Positions 28,711 through 38,419 are shown, numbered from the stretch's first letter. The stretch: DNA of 64,000 bases from Promethearchaeota archaeon (GCA_048938385.1 JBHLMG010000008.1:1-64000); one strand, 5' to 3'. A program made the numbers and translations. Notes: a model not told the origin generated them from the letters alone.

Positions 28711-29723
28711 CAAATCCCTGGGACCTTTGGAAAAGGTGAGCATTCCCAAATATGTGGCACTCCACAAAGATATCGTGTAAGTCTTTCAAGACCTATACCA
28801 AATCCGGCTGAAGGAGGAATACCTTCTCGTAGCATTTCCAAGTACCATCCGTATTGGCGGGGGTCTTGACCAGAGGTTCTAATACGCTCAGTAACGCCTT
28901 CTAGAGTGAATTCGCGTTCACCTCCACTTGAGATTTCACCAAATCCTTCAGGGAGTAGTAAATCCATCGATCGAACCTTCTCTGGATCATTCGAATCACG
29001 GAGGTAATAAAATCCTCGAGCTGTTTTGGGATAATCAGTGATCCAGAATGGCGTGTCGAAGAGTGAGGATAGGTAATGTTCTGCTTCCCAAGGAATTTCT
29101 TCACAGGATTTGATACAGAATTCATTAGTAGTTAATATCTCAATGGCTTCTGCATATGTAATGCGAGGCAGCTGTCTTGGGGGAATTGGAAGGGTGCGTC
29201 CTAAGGTTTCTAAGGACTCTTTGCATTTTTTGCGTACAGTGGTGATGACCTCGTACAACAACGTGTCACCGAGCTTCATCATACCTTTGCAAGTACCGTG
29301 CGCAACCTCCAAATCAAGTTGATAAAACTCTGCTAAATGGCGACCTGTGCTTTGACTTGATGGTGGCTCCAGTCTGACATTGGGAGAAAAAGCGTATACG
29401 CGGGGAATACTCGCCATAGCCATCTGCTTATGAAAGATCATGCTAGTCATTAGCACATAAGGTTCGCCGTAATAGGGCACAGTAACAGATTCTGCACCTC
29501 TGATACCAGGATCCGTAATTGAACCAATAATTGGAGCGAGGATCTCGATGAAGCCTGTTTCATCAAGGATTTGACGACACGCACGAGACTGAATATGTTG
29601 GACCTTAAGTATTGCGCGGGCGCGGGGGGAACGGATGGAAAGGTAACGCTTCCGAACTCCTTGTTCCACTTCTTCTACTACCTTGCTTGCGGGCTGATGT
29701 TGCGGAATGAGTTCGGATATCAT
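28707..29723 (-). CDS. asnA: Archaeal asparagine synthetase A (AsnRS-catalytic-domain-like)
   Basis: No anticodon domain; TDPGIRGA, SMI.HKQ, SPN.RLE, RHLAEF.QLD.E, SGGERE, GFGIGLERL. Confidence 0.88.
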   Translation of the reverse strand: MISELIPQHQPASKVVEEVEQGVRKRYLSIRSPRARAILKVQHIQSRACRQILDETGFIEILAPIIGSITDPGIRGAESVTVPYYGEPYVLMTSMIFHKQMAMASIPRVYAFSPNVRLEPPSSQSTGRHLAEFYQLDLEVAHGTCKGMMKLGDTLLYEVITTVRKKCKESLETLGRTLPIPPRQLPRITYAEAIEILTTNEFCIKSCEEIPWEAEHYLSSLFDTPFWITDYPKTARGFYYLRDSNDPEKVRSMDLLLPEGFGEISSGGEREFTLEGVTERIRTSGQDPRQYGWYLEMLREGIPPSAGFGIGLERLTRYLCGVPHIWECSPFPKVPGIC

Positions 29724-29831
29724 TGGGACGCACCCTAGGGTGTCCCCCGTAGACCAAGCATATTATCTTTTTGCTAACGGCAATGGTAAAATGACGAAAT
29801 ATAACAATAATTATAAGTTAAAATTAGCATA

Positions 29832-30284
29832 ATGCTAATCATGATTGATGAAATAGATTTCAAAATTTTACAAGAGCTTCAACTTGATGCTAGTCAATCA
29901 GCTCTTCGCATCGCACGAAAAATGAACATACCCCGATCGACCATCCAACATCGAATTGAACGACTGAAAAAAAATCAGATCATCAAACGAGTTGTAGCTA
30001 TTCCTGATTATGCACGAATTGGCCTGCCAGTAACAGCTTTTGTGCTAGTCAATTTCTCACCTTCGAGTAAATCCACCCAACAGGCTGTAGCCCAGAAGAT
30101 TGCTCAGTTAGAAAATGTAGTAGAAGTCCATGTAGTTGCAGGGCAATGGGACTTCATCCTCAAGGCACGAGGCGCATCCTTACAAGAAATCGGAGAATTG
30201 GTCGTAAATCAGTTACGACAAATTCCTGGTGTTGGTCAAACTGTAACTTCGGGAATTTTCTTTACAATCAAAGAAGAGCCATAG
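29832..30284 (+). CDS. Lrp/AsnC family transcriptional regulator
   Basis: IDEIDFKIL.EL..DA, HTH, VAGQWDF; divergent from asnA. Confidence 0.92.
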   Translation: MLIMIDEIDFKILQELQLDASQSALRIARKMNIPRSTIQHRIERLKKNQIIKRVVAIPDYARIGLPVTAFVLVNFSPSSKSTQQAVAQKIAQLENVVEVHVVAGQWDFILKARGASLQEIGELVVNQLRQIPGVGQTVTSGIFFTIKEEP

Positions 30285-30785
30285 TTACTTCATTTTCTTG
30301 AGTAATGGTCGAAGTTTAGTATACCTCTTATCACTATTGATGGTTTCAGTGATAGTGTCTTCTAGGGCCCGTTCAATCGATTCCTTAAGTTTTTGAATTG
30401 CAGCCCTTTCCTGTTCCAATTCTATGAGCGCCCAAGCATGATTAAGAAATATCGTTGGGGAAGGATTAGGAAGCTTTTCTGCCTTCGCATAGCATTTCTC
30501 ACCCTCTTTCCATTGGCTTTGTGAAAGGTAGAGAAATCCCAGATTATTCCAATGCTGAAGGTTTTCTGGATCTAATTCTGTGGCTTTTTTTGCGGCTTCG
30601 ATGGCTTTCACTGATTGATTACTCTGCTGGTAAATATTTGCAAGGAGTCCCCAACCGTCAACATTCGATTTGTCCTTATCGAGGAGTTCTTTAGTAAGTT
30701 TTTCAGCACGATCGAAGTCTTCATCACTTAAAGCAATAACTGCCCGCTGAAATAAGTCGCTTGCAGATCCCATAGCCAGCACCAA
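30285..30785 (-). CDS. Tetratricopeptide repeat protein
   Basis: TPR consensus (W..LA..Y, A.ELDP.N...WNNLG). Confidence 0.85.
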   Translation of the reverse strand: MVLAMGSASDLFQRAVIALSDEDFDRAEKLTKELLDKDKSNVDGWGLLANIYQQSNQSVKAIEAAKKATELDPENLQHWNNLGFLYLSQSQWKEGEKCYAKAEKLPNPSPTIFLNHAWALIELEQERAAIQKLKESIERALEDTITETINSDKRYTKLRPLLKKMK

Positions 30786-30932
30786 TTATACTATTTCCTA
30801 TTGCTTCCTCTTAAATCACTCTTTGCATAGATAAACAATAACCTTTGTAATTATACTTTAAATGGAAAATAAAACGAATGTAAAGAAAGTACCCATTTCT
30901 GACCTCAAAAATGACAAACGGGGCTATGTACC

Positions 30933-31838
30933 ATGGATGCAATTGATAAGGGCATTCTCCAGCATCTCATCGCTAACTGCCGGATTACATACCGAGAACT
31001 AGCCACCATCTTCAATTTATCGTCTAACGCTGTAAAAAAACGAGTAAAAAAATTAGAGGAAACAGGAATCATCAAAGGCTACCGAATTGATCTCTCGCCT
31101 GCCATGGTGGGTACAAACCACCTGTTTGGAATGCTTGCTACTGATGGATCAAGAGATGAAGCAGAGTTCATAGAGGAACTTGGAAGCGACGATAAAATCA
31201 TCGCTGCAGCCTCTTACACTGGTGGCAATTATGCGCTCGTTGCTGAATTTCGTGAACCCCGAGATCTCTGGAATATCGGAGCACATATACGAAGCTTCGA
31301 TTGTGTGAAAAGCATTGAGACACATCAGCTCTTAACTGAATCCGGCTCAACAATGAAGTTCTCAGCACTGCACATTCGCGTCTTGAAAACATTGATTGAT
31401 GATCCACGAAAATCAATTGTTGATATTGCTAATCAATCTGGTTTATCTGCTCGACGCGTACGGAAACTAGTCAATGACCTTGTCGAGAGTCAAGCCATAA
31501 GATTTAGTGTCTATTTGGGACTGGGCGCACGAGGAAGTATTCCTTTCTTGATGAGAATCACCTTGGATGAACGATCAACTGACTATCAAACAATGATTTC
31601 TTGGTTAAAGGAGACTTTTTCTAATTCAGTGTGGGAAATCTATACTTCGGTGGAAGCGCCGGTTTTGATAGTTCTGCTTACCGGTGAAACTCTACAAGAG
31701 GTAGATACTATGGCGCGAACGACAAGGCGTCATGAGCATGTTCCCTCAGTCATTATACACATTTCAAAGCACCATAACTACTTTCCGAGTCTTCGTACCC
31801 AGGCTTTGCAAAAGCTCATTGAAGAGGTGGCTGATTGA
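30933..31838 (+). CDS. Tandem Lrp/AsnC-type winged-HTH regulator
   Basis: MDAID..IL..L..NCRITY..LA and a second HTH DPRKSIVDIA; paralogue of 10663-11634. Confidence 0.87.
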   Translation: MDAIDKGILQHLIANCRITYRELATIFNLSSNAVKKRVKKLEETGIIKGYRIDLSPAMVGTNHLFGMLATDGSRDEAEFIEELGSDDKIIAAASYTGGNYALVAEFREPRDLWNIGAHIRSFDCVKSIETHQLLTESGSTMKFSALHIRVLKTLIDDPRKSIVDIANQSGLSARRVRKLVNDLVESQAIRFSVYLGLGARGSIPFLMRITLDERSTDYQTMISWLKETFSNSVWEIYTSVEAPVLIVLLTGETLQEVDTMARTTRRHEHVPSVIIHISKHHNYFPSLRTQALQKLIEEVAD

Positions 31839-31970
31839 CCTCCATGAACTTCTACTTTCAAACACTCTATCTTGAAGGCTGCTCAATTCTTACAAATATT
31901 TTAGGAATGAATATGGCTTAATTTTTGTTGGTTTGCTCTGTGGGTTCCCGTCAACCTCTTAAACTCTAGT

Positions 31971-32732
31971 GTGGATGTAAACTTTGAACACAGGGACAGA
32001 GTATCCGAATCTAAATTGGTAAGACAAAGTTTGAGTGTGATTATTGTGGTAAGTATTCCTGTACTTGTAGCAAGTCCTCAGGGGGAGAAGGGAGAGACTG
32101 CAATAATCGCAAACGAGTTCGTTGAAGAACTCACTCGTGTGGGGTTTCGAGCCAAGATTCAATTTACGCCAAAGATGAGCTTCGCGGCCTGTGGTGGCTG
32201 TCAAGAATGTGAACCAGAGGGGCTTTGCATTGTCAAAGATGATGTACAGGACCTTCAGGCAAAAATAGTCAATTCCCCAGCGTTTGTCTTAGCCACGCCC
32301 GTTTATCTAATGGGACCTCCTGGGCGCCTTAAATGCTTGCTGGATCGATTTTGGCCTTGGACCCTTCGCCCTCAGCTTTTCGGAAAATATGCAACTACTA
32401 TAGTAACCGCTGGACATTTTGGAGCGTTGAGTGTTGCTGAGTATTTAACTTCCATTTTGGAATCTTGGGGGCTACAAGTCATCTCTCCATTAACGGTTAT
32501 ATATTCTTCAAAAGATAAGGTTGCAGAGCGCAAGAAAGCCTTAGTAAACAGTCGACTGTTAGCGCGACGATTCATTGAGACAATGGAGAAGAAGAAGCGT
32601 ATGGGACTTTCCTCACAAGGTAAGCGTTTTATTTCACAGATATGGAGTTTGATTCAGGGGAATCGGGAGCAGTTTCAAAATTCATACAATTTTTGGATTG
32701 AGAATAATATCCCTAAACAAATCGGGATTTAA
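31971..32732 (+). CDS. Iron-sulfur flavoprotein / flavodoxin family protein
   Basis: ASPQG..G.T, CGGCQEC....C..KDD, ATPVY, LK.LLDR; true start probably downstream. Confidence 0.85.
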   Translation: MDVNFEHRDRVSESKLVRQSLSVIIVVSIPVLVASPQGEKGETAIIANEFVEELTRVGFRAKIQFTPKMSFAACGGCQECEPEGLCIVKDDVQDLQAKIVNSPAFVLATPVYLMGPPGRLKCLLDRFWPWTLRPQLFGKYATTIVTAGHFGALSVAEYLTSILESWGLQVISPLTVIYSSKDKVAERKKALVNSRLLARRFIETMEKKKRMGLSSQGKRFISQIWSLIQGNREQFQNSYNFWIENNIPKQIGI

Positions 32733-33115
32733 TCTTCCTCTAACTTATCAGTTGTTTCACTATAACCCATCATTTGCTGTAATCGTTTCTGATGCTCCTT
32801 ATCCATTCGTTCGAACCGCTTACGAAATTCTCTTTTAAGAAAAGACTCCAACACGAAGTACGAGATCGCAACGGTTATGCCAACACCCACTGACACATAG
32901 ACGATGATGAGGGCTAATATTTGAACGCCTAAAGCCATACCAGGTAAACCCATTTGGTATAACACGAATCCAGCTGCGTAAAGAGTAATGGCCGCGATTA
33001 CAAGAATTCCAAAAAGAAGCAGGATGTCACGAATCCGTGTTCGGGAAGACGGTTCTTCAGAGCGCTCCGAAGGCACTCGGCGTGGAGGTCTGTAAAACTG
33101 TATGGATTTAGGCAT
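32729..33115 (-). CDS. Hypothetical membrane protein (2 TM)
   Basis: Two hydrophobic helices and a charged tail. Confidence 0.7.
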   Translation of the reverse strand: MPKSIQFYRPPRRVPSERSEEPSSRTRIRDILLLFGILVIAAITLYAAGFVLYQMGLPGMALGVQILALIIVYVSVGVGITVAISYFVLESFLKREFRKRFERMDKEHQKRLQQMMGYSETTDKLEED

Positions 33116-33289
33116 ACTCGTTTCACCGAATGTTCAGTTTCCCCACAAACTGAAGATAAATCTCTTTGGGTCGCGGAAGACCAAAGAAGAGATTTTAAAG
33201 TGTGAAGAGCAGTTTAAAGGTAACGCGAAAACCTTTTACGGCAAGTTATGCCATGAAAGGAAAACCTCGTTTAACGGGAGTTTGAAATC

Positions 33290-33643
33290 ATGTCTATGAT
33301 GCAATATGTCAAACCGTTGACCTTTTGGGGTGCCATCATTGCGATTGTCGTAGGATTTCTTGAAATCGCTTTCTATGGTTTATCCCTCATACCGTTCTCT
33401 CTCTTGGGTCCGTTCTGGATATATGCTGCCGCATCTGTAATCGGATACATTGTTTTCAGTATCATCGCTATCATCTGCGGTTTTCTCGTCTGGCGTAGGT
33501 ATTTTCCGATGTTAGACGAAGATCCTAAGGGAATCGCCATATACTTAGTAATACTTGGAATCCTTTCCTGGGTGGCTATTGGTGGTATCTTAATCTTCAT
33601 AGCGGGTATAATCATCTTCCTTGAAAAAGAAGCAAAAGCTTAA
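33290..33643 (+). CDS. Small Gly-rich membrane protein
   Basis: 3-4 TM; similar to 33777-34127. Confidence 0.75.
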   Translation: MSMMQYVKPLTFWGAIIAIVVGFLEIAFYGLSLIPFSLLGPFWIYAAASVIGYIVFSIIAIICGFLVWRRYFPMLDEDPKGIAIYLVILGILSWVAIGGILIFIAGIIIFLEKEAKA

Positions 33644-33665
33644 GAGATAACAGTAGATAACAGTC

Positions 33666-33712
33666 GAGGAACTAGTGTTCTTCGAATGCTAGGTCCTCAT
33701 TTTTTCTTTTTT
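33666..33712 (+). terminator. Hairpin plus T-tract terminator
   Basis: GAGGAACTAG...CTAGGTCCTC then ATTTTTTCTTTTTT. Confidence 0.6.
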
Positions 33713-33776
33713 GAAAGTTTTTGAAGGGAGAGTACTAAATGATTATGACTTGCTTTCAACGAGGAAGTAGTTCATT

Positions 33777-34127
33777 ATGGACCTTATTAGAACATCTCGA
33801 ACTCTGGCAAAGGTGGGCGGCCTTTTAGGTATAGTGTTAGGAATTTTTTCAGCGATATTTTGGATTTATATTATAATTAGTCGAACAGGTTTTCTTCTTT
33901 GGGCCATAAACCTCTTAGACGCTACCATGAGTGTAATGAGTGTTTTGGCTATTCTAGCAGGTTATTATGTATATAACAAGGCTTCTGGGCAAATTTCAGA
34001 AAATCCGTTTAACTTCGGTCTGTTATTAGTGGGATTAGGTATTATTGTGGCAATCGGAGCATGGGGTTTTGCAGGTCTATTAGTTGTAATAAGTGGCGTA
34101 CTCATTCTCATTGAAGAAACCACTTGA
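33777..34127 (+). CDS. Small Gly-rich membrane protein
   Basis: 3-4 TM; tandem paralogue-like. Confidence 0.75.
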   Translation: MDLIRTSRTLAKVGGLLGIVLGIFSAIFWIYIIISRTGFLLWAINLLDATMSVMSVLAILAGYYVYNKASGQISENPFNFGLLLVGLGIIVAIGAWGFAGLLVVISGVLILIEETT

Positions 34128-34153
34128 AGTCAACTGATCACAATAGTCTAATT

Positions 34154-35251
34154 TTATATTGTGAGTTTGCCTTCCATTATTACAGCTTGGGGTCCAATGC
34201 TAACGATGGCATCATTAAGTGTATGTTCATAACAGAGGTTACTTTTACTATGACCCCCGATGAATGTGTTGTTCCCTAATCCTAGAGTAAGGGTCCCAGG
34301 AATTAGCGCATCGGTAACTTGTCCGAAGGGTGTGACTGCTTGAGGATTAATCCCGAAGACCAAACGTGTAAGTCGATCCTTGGAATCAGTGCCAGCGCGA
34401 AATGCACGTTCGAGTGTTTTTTCGCCTTTTTGGGCTCGAAGCCCAACGACTTGACCCTTTGTAAAATCAAGTCGAAGATTTTCAACTACATCTCCTAAAA
34501 ATGCACGAGAGAGCGTGAAGACTACGGTGCCTTCTGCACTAGATTCATTGATGGGAATAGACACAATACCTGCTGGTAATTGAGCCAGCACATTCTTTGA
34601 TTCAATATCTGCCTGATCAATGATACCGTCGTCAATAAGGGGTGACCCTGTTGTGCGGAATCGAAGGTCGGTTCCCCCACTGGAACTGATGTGAACCTCC
34701 CGGTGTTTTTTGAGCATAATACTAAGGCGCTGGCCCAAATCGATCATGGCTGCTTGACTACTAGACAAGCACTGCTTCACTTCTTGTGTCCAACTATCGT
34801 AGTCGAAATCATAGGTCTTTGCAGCTTTTTGAGTAATACCTGTCGTTCGGACAAACAAGGTCCTTACACGGTTGGCATACGCCTTTCCCAAGAGCTGATG
34901 TACAGTTCCTGTAATTGCTAACGCTTTTCCTTTCTCGGCATTTTTAAAGATACCAGGATCTGCAGGACCATCAAGGATGATGAGCGCATCAGCTGTTGTT
35001 GCGCCGGAAAACCAATGGCTTGGAGCTGTCGTAACCGTTTCTAAGGGCGCGTTTTTCAAGGCGTGCGTTGTCAGCCCTTCGGTTGAGAGGCTCAGCGCCA
35101 CAGCTGCTCCATGTAGCTGCGCCTGTTTAACGATTTCTTGAGCTAGCTCTGCTGTATGATTCCAAGAATGAACCCACACACATTCTTGGTCCCGAACTCG
35201 TAGTGCATCGCGAACAATTTGAAGAGCAGAGGGATCTGGCATCACTAACAC
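34154..35251 (-). CDS. Aminopeptidase M29/leucyl-aminopeptidase-like protein, probably inactive
   Basis: VHISS.GGTDLRF, DDG, LPAG, AEG.VVF, FGINP, LG.N...GG; metal ligands appear lost. Confidence 0.75.
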   Translation of the reverse strand: MLVMPDPSALQIVRDALRVRDQECVWVHSWNHTAELAQEIVKQAQLHGAAVALSLSTEGLTTHALKNAPLETVTTAPSHWFSGATTADALIILDGPADPGIFKNAEKGKALAITGTVHQLLGKAYANRVRTLFVRTTGITQKAAKTYDFDYDSWTQEVKQCLSSSQAAMIDLGQRLSIMLKKHREVHISSSGGTDLRFRTTGSPLIDDGIIDQADIESKNVLAQLPAGIVSIPINESSAEGTVVFTLSRAFLGDVVENLRLDFTKGQVVGLRAQKGEKTLERAFRAGTDSKDRLTRLVFGINPQAVTPFGQVTDALIPGTLTLGLGNNTFIGGHSKSNLCYEHTLNDAIVSIGPQAVIMEGKLTI

Positions 35252-35396
35252 CGTCTAGACGCGATTAACATGCCTCCACATAACAATGGCGCCTTAAAAC
35301 CTCTAGCCTTCTCGCTCCAAGGACTGCGCAACAGGGATTCACTTCGCAGTTCCTCTCTGTGAATATTTATGCAAGGATGTCTGAAGGTGTTTCCTG

Positions 35397-35513
35397 GTGA
35401 TCGAAGTGACTACTGACCCTCCTTTCAACCCAGATCGACCATATCTTGATCCACGGTTCTGGCGCATAACTTACCTCCCAGATAACGAAACCGTTGTTGA
35501 TCTTGACCAATAA
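35397..35513 (+). CDS. Putative 38-aa protein (MIEVTTDPPFNPDRPYLDPRFWRITYLPDNETVVDLDQ)
   Basis: TATA-like ATATTTAT near 35363, SD GAAGGTG, GTG start, TAA stop, downstream hairpin. Confidence 0.5.
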   Translation: MIEVTTDPPFNPDRPYLDPRFWRITYLPDNETVVDLDQ

Positions 35514-35638
35514 GCCACGACTTGTTCTAATTTCGCTGTTTCCTACCCTCAGGAGAGGGGGGAGTAGGGGGAACACGGCGTATGTTCTATTTTACAAATC
35601 TCAAAGGTGAGACTTTCTAGATTGGACGAAATCTAGTT

Positions 35639-36031
35639 TTATGAATAGTAATAGATTATCATTGAGATGTAGAAGATGACCATTCCAAATATCCAGAGGC
35701 CGAACAACCATATACCATAGAATACTCCTGTCTGAGTGGGTAAGAACATAAAGGCGATGCTCATAAATGGAAGAGTCATTACAACCATCCAAAAAGCGTT
35801 CCTGGCAGATTGCTTGAGAATAAGTTGCATCCTTTCATCGGGTTTTCGACGAAGTGCAATATAAGTCCCGATCAATCCCCCTATAATGCCTGCCGCCATA
35901 CTAGGAACTGCCCTCGCTAGCAATAGCGCAACGCTGATGGGCGTTAAAAATTCTAACACAAGGAAGAAGATTACTAGGGCAACTCCCCCTATGATATTTC
36001 CCACAATAGCTCGTTTTAACTCACGTTTCAT
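35639..36031 (-). CDS. DUF2178-like membrane protein
   Basis: TM helices flanking the DER...I..SARNAF motif; overlaps the XRE gene stop. Confidence 0.75.
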   Translation of the reverse strand: MKRELKRAIVGNIIGGVALVIFFLVLEFLTPISVALLLARAVPSMAAGIIGGLIGTYIALRRKPDERMQLILKQSARNAFWMVVMTLPFMSIAFMFLPTQTGVFYGIWLFGLWIFGMVIFYISMIIYYYS

Positions 36032-36266
36032 CTTCCTTACCTCGGTAGGTGAATAATTCTTCAATGCTGACATTGAACACTCGAGATAATTTGAAGGCTA
36101 GCTCAAGAGATGGGTTGTAAGTGCCTTTTTCAATGGCAATAATGGTTTGTCGACTCACATCCACCCGTTGGGCAAGCTCTTTTTGGGTCCATCTAGAGGG
36201 CACTGAATTCATTTGCATATGATGTTCGCGCAGTTCTCGTATTCGATTTGTAATCATGGCTTCCAC
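36021..36266 (-). CDS. XRE/Cro-family HTH regulator
   Basis: NRIRELR...TQ.ELA..V.VSRQTIIAIEKG.YNPSLELAFKL. Confidence 0.93.
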   Translation of the reverse strand: MEAMITNRIRELREHHMQMNSVPSRWTQKELAQRVDVSRQTIIAIEKGTYNPSLELAFKLSRVFNVSIEELFTYRGKEDET

Positions 36267-36280
36267 AGCCGTTCACTAGT

Positions 36281-36323
36281 GTTAACTTTACTTTACATCC
36301 AGATAATGTAAAGTTTACTTGAC
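36281..36323. promoter_or_regulatory. Two imperfect palindromes GTAAAG-N4-CTTTAC (putative XRE operators)
   Basis: GTTAACTTTACTTTAC at 36281-36296 and GTAAAGTTTACTTGAC at 36308-36323. Confidence 0.7.
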
Positions 36324-36446
36324 ATAAGAGTGTTCCGGTTGTTACCAATCATCCCACTCCAATTGAATTTCTATCCGTGTTGTTATGAAGGGTAATATTT
36401 AAAAAGAAACTAAAATCGGCGGTGAACACTGAGGTGAACCTTCAAA

Positions 36447-37142
36447 ATGCGGGTATCGCATCAGTTTACACTAATCTTGACTGTGTGCTTCTTATTACCT
36501 GTTCTTTGTTGGCAACCAGTACAATCAGCTGAAGGTTACTGGCGCCGAGTGGGTTACGAATACAGAGGTTTATATGAAACGCTACCCGGGTATTCCCAAT
36601 GGATTTTCAACCACACGCGCGGCCCGTATGATCGTTGGATTATCAACCTGACCCTCAGTGGTCATGGTTTCGCTCCCACAACCGTGCTTATCTGTGACTC
36701 AACAGGGTATGCCCTATGGCAAGCATCAGGCTCCACGAGTCAATGCCAACTCGTTGAATCCGTTAATGCTACCTTGGATGGTTGCGTTAATCTAACACAT
36801 TATAGTCGGTGGTATTTCATTCTGAACAATACAGGCTCTATACCACTCTATTTTACCTTAGATATCGCACACTATGAATGGTCTGCTGAACCGATCCCGA
36901 CGGTTCCTCTTGATGTATTTTCTAGTCTAAGCACACTTCTTGCGTATTTTCTAATTATCTGTATCATCATCGTAGTTATTTTTCCGTGTTTATGTAATTG
37001 TGGACTCTTGGGTCGTAGAAGAAATCGAAAACGAAAAACCCTTGATTCAGATATACACTATCGTCACATCGCCTTCTTGAATGTCACACCAGCACAACTC
37101 AAATCCCGAAATTCGACTGACGATAATGAAACCCATTCGTAG
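36447..37142 (+). CDS. Type I membrane protein with a beta-sandwich (GOLD/p24-like?) ectodomain
   Basis: Signal peptide; beta-rich domain ending WYFILNN; TM, then CLCNC and a polybasic tail. Confidence 0.65.
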   Translation: MRVSHQFTLILTVCFLLPVLCWQPVQSAEGYWRRVGYEYRGLYETLPGYSQWIFNHTRGPYDRWIINLTLSGHGFAPTTVLICDSTGYALWQASGSTSQCQLVESVNATLDGCVNLTHYSRWYFILNNTGSIPLYFTLDIAHYEWSAEPIPTVPLDVFSSLSTLLAYFLIICIIIVVIFPCLCNCGLLGRRRNRKRKTLDSDIHYRHIAFLNVTPAQLKSRNSTDDNETHS

Positions 37143-37264
37143 GTTGCCCTCTTGAGGGCTAGATCCCTAATTGGGGTTCGAACGAAGTAAAACGCAACGA
37201 GCACCAATCCAGTTAAAAGCCTACATAGAAAATAAATACTCAAGGTACTACTGACCCTGAAGGA

Positions 37265-38419
37265 GTGCACCCCATATTGAGCAAGCCCACGTATATCTTT
37301 AAATGCCCCGTTGCAGGTGATGGCGCGGTCGGGAAAACCAGTCTCATTGTCCGATATACTCAAGGAACATTCACAGATACCTACAAAATGACGATCGGTA
37401 CTTCCTTTGCAGTGAAAACAGTCGATTTAGGAAATGTAATGGTGAAACTTCAGATATGGGACCTCGCGGGTCAACCACATTTTGGTGGTGTGCGGCCCCT
37501 CTTTTACCAGGGCTCAACAGGTGTGATCTATGTTTTTAGTGTGATTGATCGTGCTTCCTTTGACCATCTATCAGGATGGCTGGAAGAAGCGCGGAAGAAC
37601 GCTGGCAATGTTCCTGGGATTTTGATTGGAAACAAATCCGATCTTTCAGATCAACGAATGGTGTCTCGTGAAGAAGCGGAAGACTTTGCCGCACAAACAG
37701 GATTAGCCTATCTTGAAACGAGTGCAAAACTCGACGAAAATGTGGGTGATGCCTTTCGTCAGATTGCTGTAACCATTATTCGGTCCAAATGGCCCGAATG
37801 GATACCCCCCGGCGAAGAGGTTGCTCCAGTATATCCTACACCATCTGAACCACCAACTCCGGCACCTGAGGTAATAGAAGAGAGCGCTGTAGAACCCGAG
37901 CCTACTCCAATCACCATACCAACAGAACCTATATCCCCTCCTGAACCGGAACCAATACCCCTTCCTGAACCCAGTGATGCACTTACATCCGAGCCACCCA
38001 CACCTTCTCCTTCCTCCCCACAACCTACGGTTGATGAATTGACCCAACCAATTGAACCACCTTCAAATGAGCTAGAAATACCTCCTGAACTGGTTCCTTC
38101 TGAACTTGAAGAATCAGTGACCCCTGAACCAATCCCTACGATTGCTTCCTCAGCTGAGCAAGAACCTCCTAGCGAAGTTGAACCAGTAGCTGAAGATATT
38201 GTGATTACTAGTCGTACTGAATCTGCATTAGTAGAGTTTGTAGGCGTAAATGTGCATGCTCTACACGATGAGGATTTTAAGAAACGCGCCCTTCATGCTA
38301 TGCAGCGTTTAGGGGTCAGTGAATCTGGGATCTTTGGAACTTTTCTACAAGGCTTAATGCTGCAGGGTCAACGGGATGTGGTAATTCAAAGCCTGGAAAG
38401 CTTACAAGAAGAACGCTGA
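37265..38419 (+). CDS. Rab-like small GTPase with Pro/Glu-rich linker and C-terminal domain
   Basis: G1 GDGAVGKTS, G2 YKMTIG, G3 WDLAGQ, G4 NKSD, G5 ETSAK. Confidence 0.92.
   Translation: MHPILSKPTYIFKCPVAGDGAVGKTSLIVRYTQGTFTDTYKMTIGTSFAVKTVDLGNVMVKLQIWDLAGQPHFGGVRPLFYQGSTGVIYVFSVIDRASFDHLSGWLEEARKNAGNVPGILIGNKSDLSDQRMVSREEAEDFAAQTGLAYLETSAKLDENVGDAFRQIAVTIIRSKWPEWIPPGEEVAPVYPTPSEPPTPAPEVIEESAVEPEPTPITIPTEPISPPEPEPIPLPEPSDALTSEPPTPSPSSPQPTVDELTQPIEPPSNELEIPPELVPSELEESVTPEPIPTIASSAEQEPPSEVEPVAEDIVITSRTESALVEFVGVNVHALHDEDFKKRALHAMQRLGVSESGIFGTFLQGLMLQGQRDVVIQSLESLQEER

Noticed and set aside
33645-33664. AGATAACAGT tandem duplication after a stop codon
   Set aside because: Only two 10-bp copies; most likely a slippage event without function
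37800-38200. Apparent DNA repeats (GAACC/CCT-rich)
   Set aside because: Explained by Pro/Glu codons of the GTPase linker; not a nucleotide-level array
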